Positions 54,181-63,632 of a stretch of 64,000 nucleotides of DNA are shown piece after piece. Position numbers and translations under genes: made by a program. The DNA lies in the NCBI GenBank assembly GCA_964531335.1, contig CAZHEV010000012.1:34866-98865 (forward strand), in the 5' to 3' direction. The notes under the pieces were generated by a model that saw only the letters and a program-made list of their open reading frames with translations, made no database searches and was not told where the DNA came from. Origin of the DNA: an uncultured bacterium. Its GTDB lineage: Bacteria > Eisenbacteria > RBG-16-71-46 > CAZHEV01. Every line of letters begins with the position of its first letter. The first letter of the stretch is position 1.

Positions 54181-55218
54181 ATGAGACCGAACGAGGCGGT
54201 CCTGGCACTGACCCTCGGGTGCAACTCCAAGTGCAGGACATGCGACTTATGGAAAGCGAAAAGAGGGCCCGAGATGAGGCCCGGCGACTATGCCAGGCTG
54301 CCGTCCTCGCTGACGCACATAAACTTGAGCGGGGGGGAACCCTATCTCAGGGACGATCTTCCGGACATATACGCGGTGCTAAGGGACAAGTTCCCCAAGG
54401 GCAGGATAGTGGCGTCCACCAACGGCCTGATGCCCGACCGCATCGAGCGCATGACTTCGAGGATGCCGGGGCTGGCGGTGAGGGTGTCTCTGGACGCGAT
54501 AGGGCCCAAGAACGACGAATTGAGGGGAGTGCCCGGCGCTTACGAGAAGTCCATGGAGACATTGAGGAGACTGTCGGAGACGGGCGTGGGGGACCTCGGG
54601 ATCAGCTCGACGGCGAGCAAGGGAAACTGCGACCAGCTCGTGCCGCTGCTGGAGCTGGCAAGAGAGAGGAACATGGAGTTCGTGTGCAGCGTCACCCACA
54701 GCTCGTCGATCTATTTCGGCAGGCAGGAGGGCCTGATCCCCAGCGAGGAGGAGTGCGTCCCCGAGCTGGAGAAGGTTACGAGAATGCAGCTCAAGTCTTT
54801 CAGCCCCAAGGAGTGGTTCAGGGCTTACATGACCTCCGGCATGATCGACTACGTTCGGAGGCTGCGGCGGAAGTTTCCCTGCACGGCTATAAGGGACTAC
54901 TTCTACCTGGACCCGGCTGGAGTCGTCTACCCGTGCAACATGCGAGACGACCCCATGGGCAACATTCTGGAAAAAGACTACGACGAGATCGTCAGGGAGA
55001 GTCCCGAGGTAATGCGAAAGGTCGAGAATTGCGAGATCCAGTGCTGGATGAGCTGCACCGTCGCCCCTACGCTGCGTCGCAGGCCCTGGAAAGCAGTGCC
55101 TTGGATATCGGCGAACAAGCTGGGACTGGGGAAGAGATCCGCCGGCCCTCGAAGATCGTCCGCGATCGACGGTGGATGCGGATGTGATCAAAGAAGTGCG
55201 AGTGCTGGCTGTAAATAA
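54181..55218 (+). CDS. radical SAM enzyme with a Cys-rich C-terminal (SPASM/twitch-like) region
   Basis: A 345-aa ORF with the CxxxCxxC motif CNSKCRTC at the N-terminus (LTLGCNSKCRTCDLW). Later cysteines occur at PCNMRD...CEIQCWMSC. Confidence 0.85.
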   Translation: MRPNEAVLALTLGCNSKCRTCDLWKAKRGPEMRPGDYARLPSSLTHINLSGGEPYLRDDLPDIYAVLRDKFPKGRIVASTNGLMPDRIERMTSRMPGLAVRVSLDAIGPKNDELRGVPGAYEKSMETLRRLSETGVGDLGISSTASKGNCDQLVPLLELARERNMEFVCSVTHSSSIYFGRQEGLIPSEEECVPELEKVTRMQLKSFSPKEWFRAYMTSGMIDYVRRLRRKFPCTAIRDYFYLDPAGVVYPCNMRDDPMGNILEKDYDEIVRESPEVMRKVENCEIQCWMSCTVAPTLRRRPWKAVPWISANKLGLGKRSAGPRRSSAIDGGCGCDQRSASAGCK

Positions 55219-56410
55219 GTTCTTCTATCTTCGGGGCGGCTGCGAAAGATACTTTTTCGCCCTGGAGGAGCTGTTGAAGACAATGGGCCATGAGGTGCGT
55301 CATCTCTCGATGAAGCACCCCAGGAACAGGCCGAGCCCCGATTTGAAGTATTTCGTGAGCGAGGTCGATTTCTCGAGGAACGAATCGCTCGGGCGCAGCA
55401 TCGAGAAAGGACTGCGGGTGATCTACTCCCCACAGGCCAAGAGGGCCATGGAGGCCGTTTTACGGGACACGGCGCCGGATATCGTGCACTTGCACAACAT
55501 AGCGCACCAGCTCTCGCCTTCGATCCTGTTGCCCCTGAAGAACGGAGGGCCTCCGGTCGTGCAGACCATGCATGACTACAAGCTCGTTTGCCCCATCTAC
55601 GTGCTGGCGAGAAATGGCAGGACCTGCGAGGACTGCCGTGGGGGCCGCTATTACAACGTCGCCGTCAAGGGTTGCCATCCGGGCGGATTCGGCGCGGCGG
55701 TCGCCAACGCCGCGGAGATGTACCTGCACAGGAGCATCCTGAAGAGCTACGACGCCGTGGACATCTTCATCTGTCCCAGCAACGCCATGCTGGAGAAGAT
55801 GCTCTCCTTCGGCATTCCGGAGAACAGGTTGGCTCACGTGCCTCATTTCATTCCCGTGGAGGAGTACAGCCCGCGGTCGGGTCCCAAGGACTACTACGTC
55901 TACGCGGGCCGTCTCTCGAGGGAGAAAGGGCTGTTGACGCTCATGGAGGCCGCGGCCTCGGTGCCCGACATGAAGCTCTTGGTGTTGGGAGAGGGTCCGC
56001 TGGAGGAGGAGCTCAAGACCCGCTTCGGGTCGAAGCCGTGGATCGAGCTCGGTGGCTACCTGCACGGCGACGAGTTGATGGACGCGCTGGCCGGAGCGGC
56101 CTTCTCGGTACTGCCCTCCCAGTGCTACGAGAATTCGCCCCTGGCCGTCATGGAGAGCTTCGCCCTGGGCGTGCCCGTCGTGGCGTCGAGGATCGGCGGG
56201 CTGCCCGAGATGGTGACGGGCGGAGAGACGGGCCTGCTGGTCCGGCCCGGAGACGCGGAGGATCTGGCCTCCGCCATATCTTGGCTTGCCGCCAACCCAA
56301 AGGAGACGGAGCGAATGGGCGCGGTGGCGAGGCGGTTCGCCGAGCGCGAGTACAGCGCGGACGCGCATTACGGACGGTTGATGGAAGTCTACGGAAGGGC
56401 CCTTTCATGA
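55172..56410 (+). CDS. glycosyltransferase family 4 (GT-B)
   Basis: A 412-aa ORF with VRVLAVNKFFYLRGGCERYF at the N-terminus and ENSPLAVMESFALGVPVVASRIGGLPE. The start could be GTG 55196 or 55202 rather than ATG 55172, which overlaps the radical SAM gene by 47 nt. Confidence 0.88.
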   Translation: MDADVIKEVRVLAVNKFFYLRGGCERYFFALEELLKTMGHEVRHLSMKHPRNRPSPDLKYFVSEVDFSRNESLGRSIEKGLRVIYSPQAKRAMEAVLRDTAPDIVHLHNIAHQLSPSILLPLKNGGPPVVQTMHDYKLVCPIYVLARNGRTCEDCRGGRYYNVAVKGCHPGGFGAAVANAAEMYLHRSILKSYDAVDIFICPSNAMLEKMLSFGIPENRLAHVPHFIPVEEYSPRSGPKDYYVYAGRLSREKGLLTLMEAAASVPDMKLLVLGEGPLEEELKTRFGSKPWIELGGYLHGDELMDALAGAAFSVLPSQCYENSPLAVMESFALGVPVVASRIGGLPEMVTGGETGLLVRPGDAEDLASAISWLAANPKETERMGAVARRFAEREYSADAHYGRLMEVYGRALS

Positions 56411-57501
56411 AGATCGCGATGGTGGGCCAGAAGGGAGTACCTGCCACCTACGGCGGAATAGAGAGAAACGTCGAGGAAGTGGGGCTCAGACTGGCCAGAA
56501 GAGGGCATGACGTAACGGTCTATTGCCGCCTTTACTACACCAAGCGCGGAGGCATGTATCGCGGCATGAAGCTGAGGCGTCTTCCCAGTATCAATACGAA
56601 GCATCTCGACACGGCGACTCATTGCCTGTTGTCCACCATGGACTCGTTGCTTCGCAACTACGACATAGTGCACTTCCACGCGCTGGGGCCGTCCGTGTTC
56701 GCGAGCATCCCCCATCTGAGCGGCGCAAAGACCGTCGTCATGGTGCATGGCCTGGACTGGCAGAGGGAAAAGTGGGGGCCTATGGCGTCGTGGGTGCTGA
56801 AGAAATGCGAGTATCCGGCGATTCACTTTCCCGACAAGACGGTGGTCGTCTCGAAGACATTGCAGAGGTACTTCGCGGAGAAATATTCCAGGGACACCGT
56901 GGTCATCCCCAACGGCACGAAGGTCCCCGTCAACAGGCCCGCCGGCAAGATAAGGAAGTTCGGGTTGGAAGAGGGCAACTATGTTCTATTCGTGGGAAGG
57001 CTGGTGCCCGAGAAAGGCGTCCATTTCCTGATGGACGCCTTCTCCAAGGTGGACACGGATCTGAAGCTCGTGCTCGCGGGTGGCTCCAGTTTCTCCGACT
57101 CGTACGTGAGCAGACTTCGAAAGCACGAGGGCGACAAGGTGGTCTTTCTGGACTACGTCTACGGCGACGTCCTTGAGGAGCTCTGGAGCAACGCCTATCT
57201 CGTGGTGCAGCCCTCGACCATGGAGGGGTTGTCAATATCTCTCCTCGAGGCCCTGAGCTACGGAAGGTGCGTTCTGATAAGCGACATCCCCGAGAACGTG
57301 GAGGTGGTCGGCGACTGCAGTCCGTCCTTCAGGACCCAGAATGTGGAGGACCTCAGCGCGAAACTGCAGAGGCTTCTCAAGGACCCCGACCTGGTGAAGG
57401 ACTACGAGCGAAGGTGCCGCGATCACGTCTCTCGCAGCTACAGTTGGGATACGATCTCGGACAGCATAGAGGCTTTGTACGAGAAAACGCTCGGAAGGTA
57501 G
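56407..57501 (+). CDS. glycosyltransferase family 4 (GT-B)
   Basis: This is the in-frame tail of ORF 55588-57501. ATG 56407 overlaps the upstream stop (ATGA). The sequence has MKIAMVGQKGVPATYGGIERNVEE... and EGLSISLLEALSYGRCVLISDIPEN. Confidence 0.9.
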   Translation: MKIAMVGQKGVPATYGGIERNVEEVGLRLARRGHDVTVYCRLYYTKRGGMYRGMKLRRLPSINTKHLDTATHCLLSTMDSLLRNYDIVHFHALGPSVFASIPHLSGAKTVVMVHGLDWQREKWGPMASWVLKKCEYPAIHFPDKTVVVSKTLQRYFAEKYSRDTVVIPNGTKVPVNRPAGKIRKFGLEEGNYVLFVGRLVPEKGVHFLMDAFSKVDTDLKLVLAGGSSFSDSYVSRLRKHEGDKVVFLDYVYGDVLEELWSNAYLVVQPSTMEGLSISLLEALSYGRCVLISDIPENVEVVGDCSPSFRTQNVEDLSAKLQRLLKDPDLVKDYERRCRDHVSRSYSWDTISDSIEALYEKTLGR

Positions 57502-57604
57502 GGAGAAGAGCGGCCCTCCCACGCCCTTCGCCATGCTCCACGTCCACACGGCTTGATTCTCAGGAGCGCTTGACCCTATCATTGGGTGGTGGTTGGGTTC
57601 GGGT

Positions 57605-58750
57605 ATGAGCGGGGAGGACCCGGCCCCGGCAAGGGAGCCTCTGGCCTCGCCCGGGAGTGTAATAGTGAGCAATGATCAAGACCTTTACGCGGCGGTTCTC
57701 GCAGGAGGCAAGGGCGAGAGATTCTGGCCCGTGAGCCTCAGGTCCTATCCCAAGCAGTTCCTTTCCGTCTTCGGCGACAGACCTATGCTTGCCGAAACGC
57801 TCCACAGGATCGAGGGTTTCATACCGCCTGAGAAGACGCTCATCATGACCGGGGGCCATCTCAGAGAGCTGGTGCTGGAGACGGTGGGCCAGGTCCCCCC
57901 GGAGAACGTGCTTGGGGAGCCCGTTTCCAAGAACACAGCGCCCGCGATAGGCCTGGCGGCTCTTCTGCTCGACGTCAAGGCCCCCGGCGCCGTGATGGCG
58001 GCATTGCCGGCCGATCACCTGATCAAAGACAACGAATCTTTTCGCAGAGATCTGTCTCTCGCCGTGCAGGTCGCTCGCGTCGAGGGCCGCCTGGTGACCT
58101 TCGGGATCAGGCCGAACAGGCCTGAGACCGGGTATGGGTACGTGAGGATAGGCTCTCCTCTGGGATCGTTCGAGAACGTCTTCGAGGCCGGCGGGTTCAG
58201 GGAAAAACCCAACCTCAAGCAGGCCGGCCAGCTACTGGCCGAGGGCAACTATCTCTGGAACAGCGGCATCTTCGTTTGGACGACGAGTTTCATCCTGGAC
58301 GCCTTCGAGAAACACCTGCCCTCGCTGAGAAGGGGGCTGGAGGCCCTAAGGCCTTCCATAGGAACCCCGGAGCAGAAGGATGGGATAGATGAGTACTTCG
58401 CCGCGGCGCAGGACATATCGATAGACTACGGACTGATGGAGAAGGCCGAGAGCGTGGCCGTGGTGCAGGCCTCCTTCGACTGGGACGATATCGGATCGTG
58501 GCTGGTGGTGGAGCGTCTATACGAGGAGGACGAGGCGGGCAACGTGGTAAGGGGCGACGCCGTGAACGTCAACACACACAACTCCACGGTCATCTGCCGA
58601 GACGGGTTCGTCGCCACTCTCGGCGTCTCGGACCTGCTCATCGTGCGGACGGCCGACGCCACGCTGATATGCCGCAAAGACAAGATCGGCGACATAGACG
58701 CCCTCGTGGAAGAGATAGGTCGCTCCGAGGATTTCGAGAAGTTCCTGTAG
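57605..58750 (+). CDS. mannose-1-phosphate guanylyltransferase-like nucleotidyltransferase
   Basis: ORF 57593-58750 with AAVLAGGKGERFWPVSLRSYPKQFL, GIRPNRPETGYGY and the left-handed helix-like C-terminus. The start is uncertain within the first ~30 codons. Confidence 0.88.
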   Translation: MSGEDPAPAREPLASPGSVIVSNDQDLYAAVLAGGKGERFWPVSLRSYPKQFLSVFGDRPMLAETLHRIEGFIPPEKTLIMTGGHLRELVLETVGQVPPENVLGEPVSKNTAPAIGLAALLLDVKAPGAVMAALPADHLIKDNESFRRDLSLAVQVARVEGRLVTFGIRPNRPETGYGYVRIGSPLGSFENVFEAGGFREKPNLKQAGQLLAEGNYLWNSGIFVWTTSFILDAFEKHLPSLRRGLEALRPSIGTPEQKDGIDEYFAAAQDISIDYGLMEKAESVAVVQASFDWDDIGSWLVVERLYEEDEAGNVVRGDAVNVNTHNSTVICRDGFVATLGVSDLLIVRTADATLICRKDKIGDIDALVEEIGRSEDFEKFL

Positions 58751-58774
58751 AGGCCCGGCGGGATCGCCGCCCGC

Positions 58775-59971
58775 TCACTTTCCGCCCTGAGCTTCGATCC
58801 GTTTGTGAAGCGCTCTGACTCCGTCCTCGGCCTTGTCCGGCGATGTGACGCATGTGAGGTTCGTCGGGGTGGCGCAAATGCCGTCGACGGGCACGCCGCC
58901 CTCGGCGAGGTCTGCAAGCGCCTTGCCGGCTATCTCGGGAGACCCCGCGCTGTCGCCGACCAGCGACAGCAGACCGATCTTCTTCTTGAGAGTCGCCTTG
59001 ACCCCGCCGGATGCCTCGATGGCCTTGACGGCGCGGTCGGCCCGTACGGTGTCCACCACCACGTTTACGGCGCCCTCGGCGCTGCCCCCCATGGATGAGG
59101 TCATCATGTACACGGGTATGTTCGCCGAGGCCAGCGACGACAAGACGTCCGCGACCTGGCGGGGGTTGTCCGCGGGCTCCACGCTTATAACCATAACTTG
59201 CTTGCGCACACCGATCCCCCTGAGCGGAAAATCGGCCGTCGGTTTGTCCGTCACGATTGTGCCCTCCGTTTCCTCGAATCCGGACCTTATGCTGAGAGGA
59301 ATGCCGAATCTCCTGGCCGCCAGGACCGCCTTGTCCTGGACGACCTGAGACCCCGCCCCGATCAGCTCGATTAGCTGCTTGTACGATAAGCGCGGAATCC
59401 TCTTCGCGTTGGGGACGATCCAGGGGTCCGCCGTGAAGACCCCTCCCACGTCCTTGTACAGCTCGCACCGCTCCGCGCCGAACGCCGCGGCCAAGGTGAC
59501 GGCGGTCAGATCGGATCCGCCCCTGCCGAGAGTCGTGACCTCCTTGGCGCCGCTCACTCCCTGGAAGCCGGCTACGATCACGATCTTACCGCGTTCCATC
59601 TCGTCCCTTATCCTGAATGCCTTGACGTCCACTATTCTGGCTTCGCCGTGACCGTGGTCGGTGATTATGCCGCTCTGCGATCCGGTAAAGCTTATCGCGT
59701 GATGTCCGATGTCGTTTATGGCGATGGCCAGAAGGGCCATGGATATCCGCTCTCCGGCCGTCAGAAGCATGTCCAGCTCGCGCTTGGCGGGGCTCGAGGT
59801 GATCTGCGCGGCGAGGTCCGTGAGTTGATCGGTGGTCGCTCCCATGGCGGACACAACTACTATGATGTCGCCGCACGCGCGCTTGGTGGCCACCACCCTT
59901 TGCGCGACGGCCTTGATCTGCTCCGGTGTCTCGAGGCACCGGCCACCGTATTTTTGCACGACCAGCGACAT
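58775..59971 (-). CDS. lysC: aspartate kinase
   Basis: ORF 58775-60055. The canonical N-terminus MSLVVQKYGG begins at 59971. It also has VVVSAMGATTDQL and two C-terminal ACT-like repeats. Confidence 0.92.
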   Translation of the reverse strand: MSLVVQKYGGRCLETPEQIKAVAQRVVATKRACGDIIVVVSAMGATTDQLTDLAAQITSSPAKRELDMLLTAGERISMALLAIAINDIGHHAISFTGSQSGIITDHGHGEARIVDVKAFRIRDEMERGKIVIVAGFQGVSGAKEVTTLGRGGSDLTAVTLAAAFGAERCELYKDVGGVFTADPWIVPNAKRIPRLSYKQLIELIGAGSQVVQDKAVLAARRFGIPLSIRSGFEETEGTIVTDKPTADFPLRGIGVRKQVMVISVEPADNPRQVADVLSSLASANIPVYMMTSSMGGSAEGAVNVVVDTVRADRAVKAIEASGGVKATLKKKIGLLSLVGDSAGSPEIAGKALADLAEGGVPVDGICATPTNLTCVTSPDKAEDGVRALHKRIEAQGGK

Positions 59972-60026
59972 GCGGTCCTCACTGGGTTTTAGCGCGAGCG
60001 GGAAGGCCCGGCCCGGCAAAATTCTG

Positions 60027-60055
60027 TTGACAAAAGCGGTTCCCGCCGATAGCAT
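60027..60055 (+). promoter_or_regulatory. promoter candidate for the tRNA-Gly/tRNA-Cys pair (TTGACA-17 nt-TAGCAT)
   Basis: TTGACA at 60027-60032, a 17-nt spacer and TAGCAT at 60050-60055 lie about 60 nt upstream of tRNA-Gly. Confidence 0.4.
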
Positions 60056-60115
60056 TAATATGCTTTGGAAGTGGGTCCTAAGCGACCGTCAAGGGGCCCC
60101 GATGGAGGGATTAGA

Positions 60116-60192
60116 GCGGAAGTAGCTCAGTCCGGTAGAGCTCCACCTTGCCAAGGTGGCCGTCGCGGGTTCAAATCCCGTCTTCCGCTCCA
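60116..60192 (+). tRNA. tRNA-Gly (anticodon GCC), CCA encoded
   Basis: Hand-folded cloverleaf. The acceptor is GCGGAAG/CTTCCGC and the D-arm is GCTC-AGTCCGGTA-GAGC. The anticodon arm is CCACC-TTGCCAA-GGTGG and the T-arm is GCGGG-TTCAAAT-CCCGT. The discriminator is T, followed by CCA. Confidence 0.93.
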
Positions 60193-60252
60193 AATACTGC
60201 CTAGAGGCTTTGGGCAGTGCCGCGCGGTCGGAGCCGATTCGTCGAAACGGAA

Positions 60253-60327
60253 GGCGGCATAGCCAAGGGGTAAGGCGACGGTCTGCAAAACCGTTATTCT
60301 CCGGTTCAAATCCGGATGCCGCCTCCA
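60253..60327 (+). tRNA. tRNA-Cys (anticodon GCA), CCA encoded
   Basis: Hand-folded. The acceptor is GGCGGCA/TGCCGCC, the anticodon arm is ACGGT-CTGCAAA-ACCGT and the T-arm is TCCGG-TTCAAAT-CCGGA. The discriminator is T, followed by CCA. Confidence 0.9.
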
Positions 60328-60486
60328 CACGCGGGCAGGATCGGCAAGCAACCAAGGAACTCCACTTCCCCCACTTCCCGCCGGCCGATTCCCTCTGTTC
60401 TCCACGAGCTCGTTGCACAGGTCTTCTCCGCCGCGCTCCTTACCCAACATCGCGGCCGCGATACCGGCGGGCGGGCACCGCTTCGA

Positions 60487-60828
60487 TCAGTCCTTGAAGC
60501 TCTTAACCGCATCCTCTTCGTGGTAGTAGCTTTCGAATACCGACAGAAGCCTGGTGACCATGAGGATGCTCTTGACCCGCTCCTTGACGTTGAGGAGCTT
60601 CACCTGTCCGCCCGCGTTTGTGATCGTGGTAAACCCTGACACGATTATGCCGACGCCCGTACTGTTCATCCAGGGCACATCGCTGAGATCCAGTATGACC
60701 TTCTTCTTGCCTTCCTCGACGAGCCGCTGGACCGTCTGCCTGAAGATATCGTCGTCGGGGCCGCCTTGTACCTTCCCGGAGATCTCGAGCACGCAGACGT
60801 CGCCGTTCATTCTCTCTTTGATCTTCAT
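60487..60828 (-). CDS. STAS-domain anti-sigma-factor antagonist (SpoIIAA-like)
   Basis: ORF 60487-60864. ATG 60828 (MKIKERM) follows GGAGGTGGAG. The sequence VCVLEISGKV...ILDLSDVPWMNSTGVGIIV...GGQVKLLNV is typical of STAS domains. Confidence 0.85.
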   Translation of the reverse strand: MKIKERMNGDVCVLEISGKVQGGPDDDIFRQTVQRLVEEGKKKVILDLSDVPWMNSTGVGIIVSGFTTITNAGGQVKLLNVKERVKSILMVTRLLSVFESYYHEEDAVKSFKD

Positions 60829-61085
60829 CTCCACCTCCGTTGTGTTTCTGGGACGCCCCTCCATTGTGTGCGTCCTTCGCTAACCGGCAAATATACCGCC
60901 TGGAGCACTCCAGGGCAAGGAGTTTGCGCAGGCGGGCCTAGGCCCCGTGACGGGAGGTTATGGGGGCGCCGCCGCGGCCCGGGGGGCGTGCATATGCAGG
61001 CCTTTTGGCCTAACGACCCCCCGCAGTTATGCCGAAAATCAAGAGATAGATGGCTGGTTTCAGCCACCGTAATGGAGGGGAATCG

Positions 61086-61928
61086 ATGCAGCTCGTCGCG
61101 CCAAGACCCATGCCCAAGTCGCAGCCCCGAGAGGCCAGGGCCAGGGGCGCCGTCGTCTCTGTGCTCAGCGGCAAGGGTGGGGTGGGAAAGACCGTCATAT
61201 CGACCAACCTGGCCCTCGCGCTGGCCGCCCGGGCGGGCGAGGTGCTGCTCGTGGACTGCGACCTCTCGGCCGGGCAATCCCATCTGGTTCTGGGAGTCTG
61301 TCCCTCGGGGGGGCTGGCCCAGGTTGTGCGAGGCCATAAGCGGCTCGGAGACATCGTGTTGAAGGCGGCCGACGGCCTCCTGCTGGCTCCCGGAGGGCCT
61401 TCTGGAGAGTACGTCACCGACCTGCGCGGCCGCGAGGTCAGGGCGATCCTGGGAGAGGCCGTGACGGCGGCACCCGAGGCCCGGGCGATTCTCTTCGACG
61501 GCGGCTCGGGGCGCGCGCCGGCGGCGGCGGACTTCGTGAAGGCGGCGGACGTAGCGATCGTACTCACAAGCCCGGAACCGACTGCTGTCAGGGCCACGGT
61601 GGCGCTACTCGAGTCCCTGCTTAGCGAGTGCCCCGCGTCGGAGCCTTGCATGGTTGTCAACATGGCGTCGGACGAACGCGAGGCGAGGGCTACCTTCGCC
61701 AAGATAGCCGATGCCCTCCTGCCCGTGTTCTCGGCCGGACCCGGGCTGCTCGGATGGATTCCAAGCGACCCTCAGGTCGCGCGGTCCCTGCGCAAATACC
61801 GCCCGTTTCTCACGGATGCGCCGGAGAGCAGGGCAGCGGCCGGAGTGAAAGACCTTGCAGCCGCCCTGGCCCCGCGCCTTGGATCGAGAGGGGACCTTGG
61901 AAATGGAGAGAACGTCCAGGCCGCTTGA
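61086..61928 (+). CDS. MinD/ParA/FlhG-family P-loop ATPase
   Basis: ORF 61050-61928 with the deviant Walker A SGKGGVGKT (VVSVLSGKGGVGKTVISTNLALALA) and Walker B-like LLVDCD. The start is ambiguous (61050 or 61086). Confidence 0.85.
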   Translation: MQLVAPRPMPKSQPREARARGAVVSVLSGKGGVGKTVISTNLALALAARAGEVLLVDCDLSAGQSHLVLGVCPSGGLAQVVRGHKRLGDIVLKAADGLLLAPGGPSGEYVTDLRGREVRAILGEAVTAAPEARAILFDGGSGRAPAAADFVKAADVAIVLTSPEPTAVRATVALLESLLSECPASEPCMVVNMASDEREARATFAKIADALLPVFSAGPGLLGWIPSDPQVARSLRKYRPFLTDAPESRAAAGVKDLAAALAPRLGSRGDLGNGENVQAA

Positions 61929-61985
61929 GGACCTGGCGGGACCGGCTGTACGCGACGCGGGATCGCGGAGGAGAGGTGCCTGAAG

Positions 61986-63323
61986 ATGGAGTCTTCGATG
62001 CCCCGGATAGTCTGGGAAGGCGACCGTTTCGGGTCGCACGATACGAGGGAGGATCTCGTCCAATCGGTTATAGGCATGGCCGACCATGGCGTTCCTGTGA
62101 GCGTGTGGCCGGCGCCGATTCCCGATATCCCCGCCTGCGAGTCCGACAGGCTGGCCCTTGCGCGGTTGGCGCATCTTTCAGCCGAGCCTCCGGATGACGG
62201 AGCTCGCATATCGATTCTGCAGGTCGAGCCCTATCTGCTCCGCCGTGACGAGAGCGCGGCATACTGCATAGGCAGAACCGCCGTCGGGACCGCCCGGGTC
62301 TCCCCCGAATGCAGGTGCGCGGCGGACTCACTCGATGAGATCTGGGTGCCCTCGACATTCAGTCGCATGGCCTTTACCGCCTCCGGCGTGCCGGAGGAGA
62401 AGGTCCACGTGGTACCAACGTGTATAGACGAGGAGTCGTTTCGTCCCACAGAAGAGCCCCAGGTCGTCGACAGGGGCAAGGGGTTCGTCTTCTCGACGAC
62501 GTTGGACTGGGATTACGTCAGGGGACTGGACATTGTGCTCGAAGCGTATGTGCGGGAGTTCAGGGCCGAGGAGGACGTAGTCCTGGCTCTTATGGCGCCC
62601 CCGCCCCTTGGCGCCGCGACCGTATATACGGAGAAGGCGGCGGGCCTGGAGTTCTGGCTGGAGCTGGAAAACTGGCTGCTCGGCCGGCTGAGGGCGCGCG
62701 GCGGGACAGGAGGTCAAAGCGGCGGCTTCGAGGACGTGCTGGCCGCCGCGGGAAGCGACGCGCTGCGCGAGGAGCTGGGCAGAGACAGAGAGCGCGAGAA
62801 CAAGACAGTGGCGGAGATAACCGAGGCCGTCCGTGAGGAGCTGGGCGCCGCGCGCATGCCGGCCATCAAAGTCGTCAGCGCGGCCTTTCCGCGGTCCATC
62901 CTGCCCCGGCTCTATGCGGCCTGCGATGCGTTCGTGTCCGCCCCGCGGGCGGAACAGTGGGGACGGCATTTCTTGGAAGCGATGGCCGTCGGTGTTCCCA
63001 CAATAGGCACGAGATGGGGGGGGCACCTGGACTTCATGCGGCCCGGGAACAGCTTCTTGATCGGAGTCCGGTCGCTTGTGGACGTAAACGACGGGGGCGA
63101 TCCGCAACTGGTGGGACAGCGTCTTGCGGAGCCGGACGTAGAGCACCTGAGAGAGCTGATGAGAAGGGTCTTCGAGCACAACTCCGAGGCCAGGGAGCGG
63201 GCGGCCAGGGGCGCCGCCTACGTAAGGTCGAAGTACTCCCGCAGGCGCGTATCGTCGCTTATGGCGGAACGGCTCGCGGAAATAGCCGGCGACCGCGAGC
63301 TGAATATCCCCGCTGCTGCCTGA
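61986..63323 (+). CDS. glycosyltransferase (GT-B, GT1/GT4-like) with an internal insertion
   Basis: A 445-aa ORF. The C-terminal EQWGRHFLEAMAVGVPTIGTRWGGHLDF matches the GT1/GT4 sugar-donor-binding region. The charged segment around 62690-62830 looks like an insertion. Confidence 0.75.
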   Translation: MESSMPRIVWEGDRFGSHDTREDLVQSVIGMADHGVPVSVWPAPIPDIPACESDRLALARLAHLSAEPPDDGARISILQVEPYLLRRDESAAYCIGRTAVGTARVSPECRCAADSLDEIWVPSTFSRMAFTASGVPEEKVHVVPTCIDEESFRPTEEPQVVDRGKGFVFSTTLDWDYVRGLDIVLEAYVREFRAEEDVVLALMAPPPLGAATVYTEKAAGLEFWLELENWLLGRLRARGGTGGQSGGFEDVLAAAGSDALREELGRDRERENKTVAEITEAVREELGAARMPAIKVVSAAFPRSILPRLYAACDAFVSAPRAEQWGRHFLEAMAVGVPTIGTRWGGHLDFMRPGNSFLIGVRSLVDVNDGGDPQLVGQRLAEPDVEHLRELMRRVFEHNSEARERAARGAAYVRSKYSRRRVSSLMAERLAEIAGDRELNIPAAA

Positions 63324-63407
63324 GGCGCCGGGGCGGACCAACGCGCTCAGACTTGACCCGCCGCAAACGCTTGGTCCATACTCTCCTTGCACTATCGTTG
63401 GTGAGCC

Positions 63408-63495
63408 GCCGGGGTGGCGGAACAGGTAGACGCTGCGGACTTAAAATCCGCTGGAGTATTTCTCCGTGCCGGTTCGATTCCGGCCCCCGGCACCA
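63408..63495 (+). tRNA. tRNA-Leu (anticodon TAA), long variable arm, CCA encoded
   Basis: Hand-folded. The acceptor is GCCGGGG/CCCCGGC and the anticodon arm is GCGGA-CTTAAAA-TCCGC. The variable arm is TGGAGTATTTCTCCGT and the T-arm is GCCGG-TTCGATT-CCGGC. The discriminator is A, followed by CCA. Confidence 0.92.
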
Positions 63496-63632
63496 GCGGG
63501 GTCCGTGGTCGCGGCAATTAGCCCAGCACCCGCCAATAAGGTGATGCGCGGCCGATCCGCGGAGAGGCCCGGAACCGGCCCGCGATTCCCCTCTGGTTTA
63601 TTTCCTTTCAACGTAGCGATGGCGATCGAGTC

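Noticed and set aside
55588-56406. The upstream 273 codons of ORF 55588-57501.
   Set aside because: This part overlaps the well-supported GT4 gene 55172-56410 in another frame and is Arg/Gly-rich. The GT4 homology of this frame starts at MKIAMVGQKG (56407) with an ATGA overlap.
58751-58774. A short GC hairpin (GGCGG-GATCG-CCGCC) between the convergent manC-like and lysC genes, considered as a bidirectional terminator.
   Set aside because: The stem is only 5 bp with no flanking T/A tracts. The evidence is insufficient.
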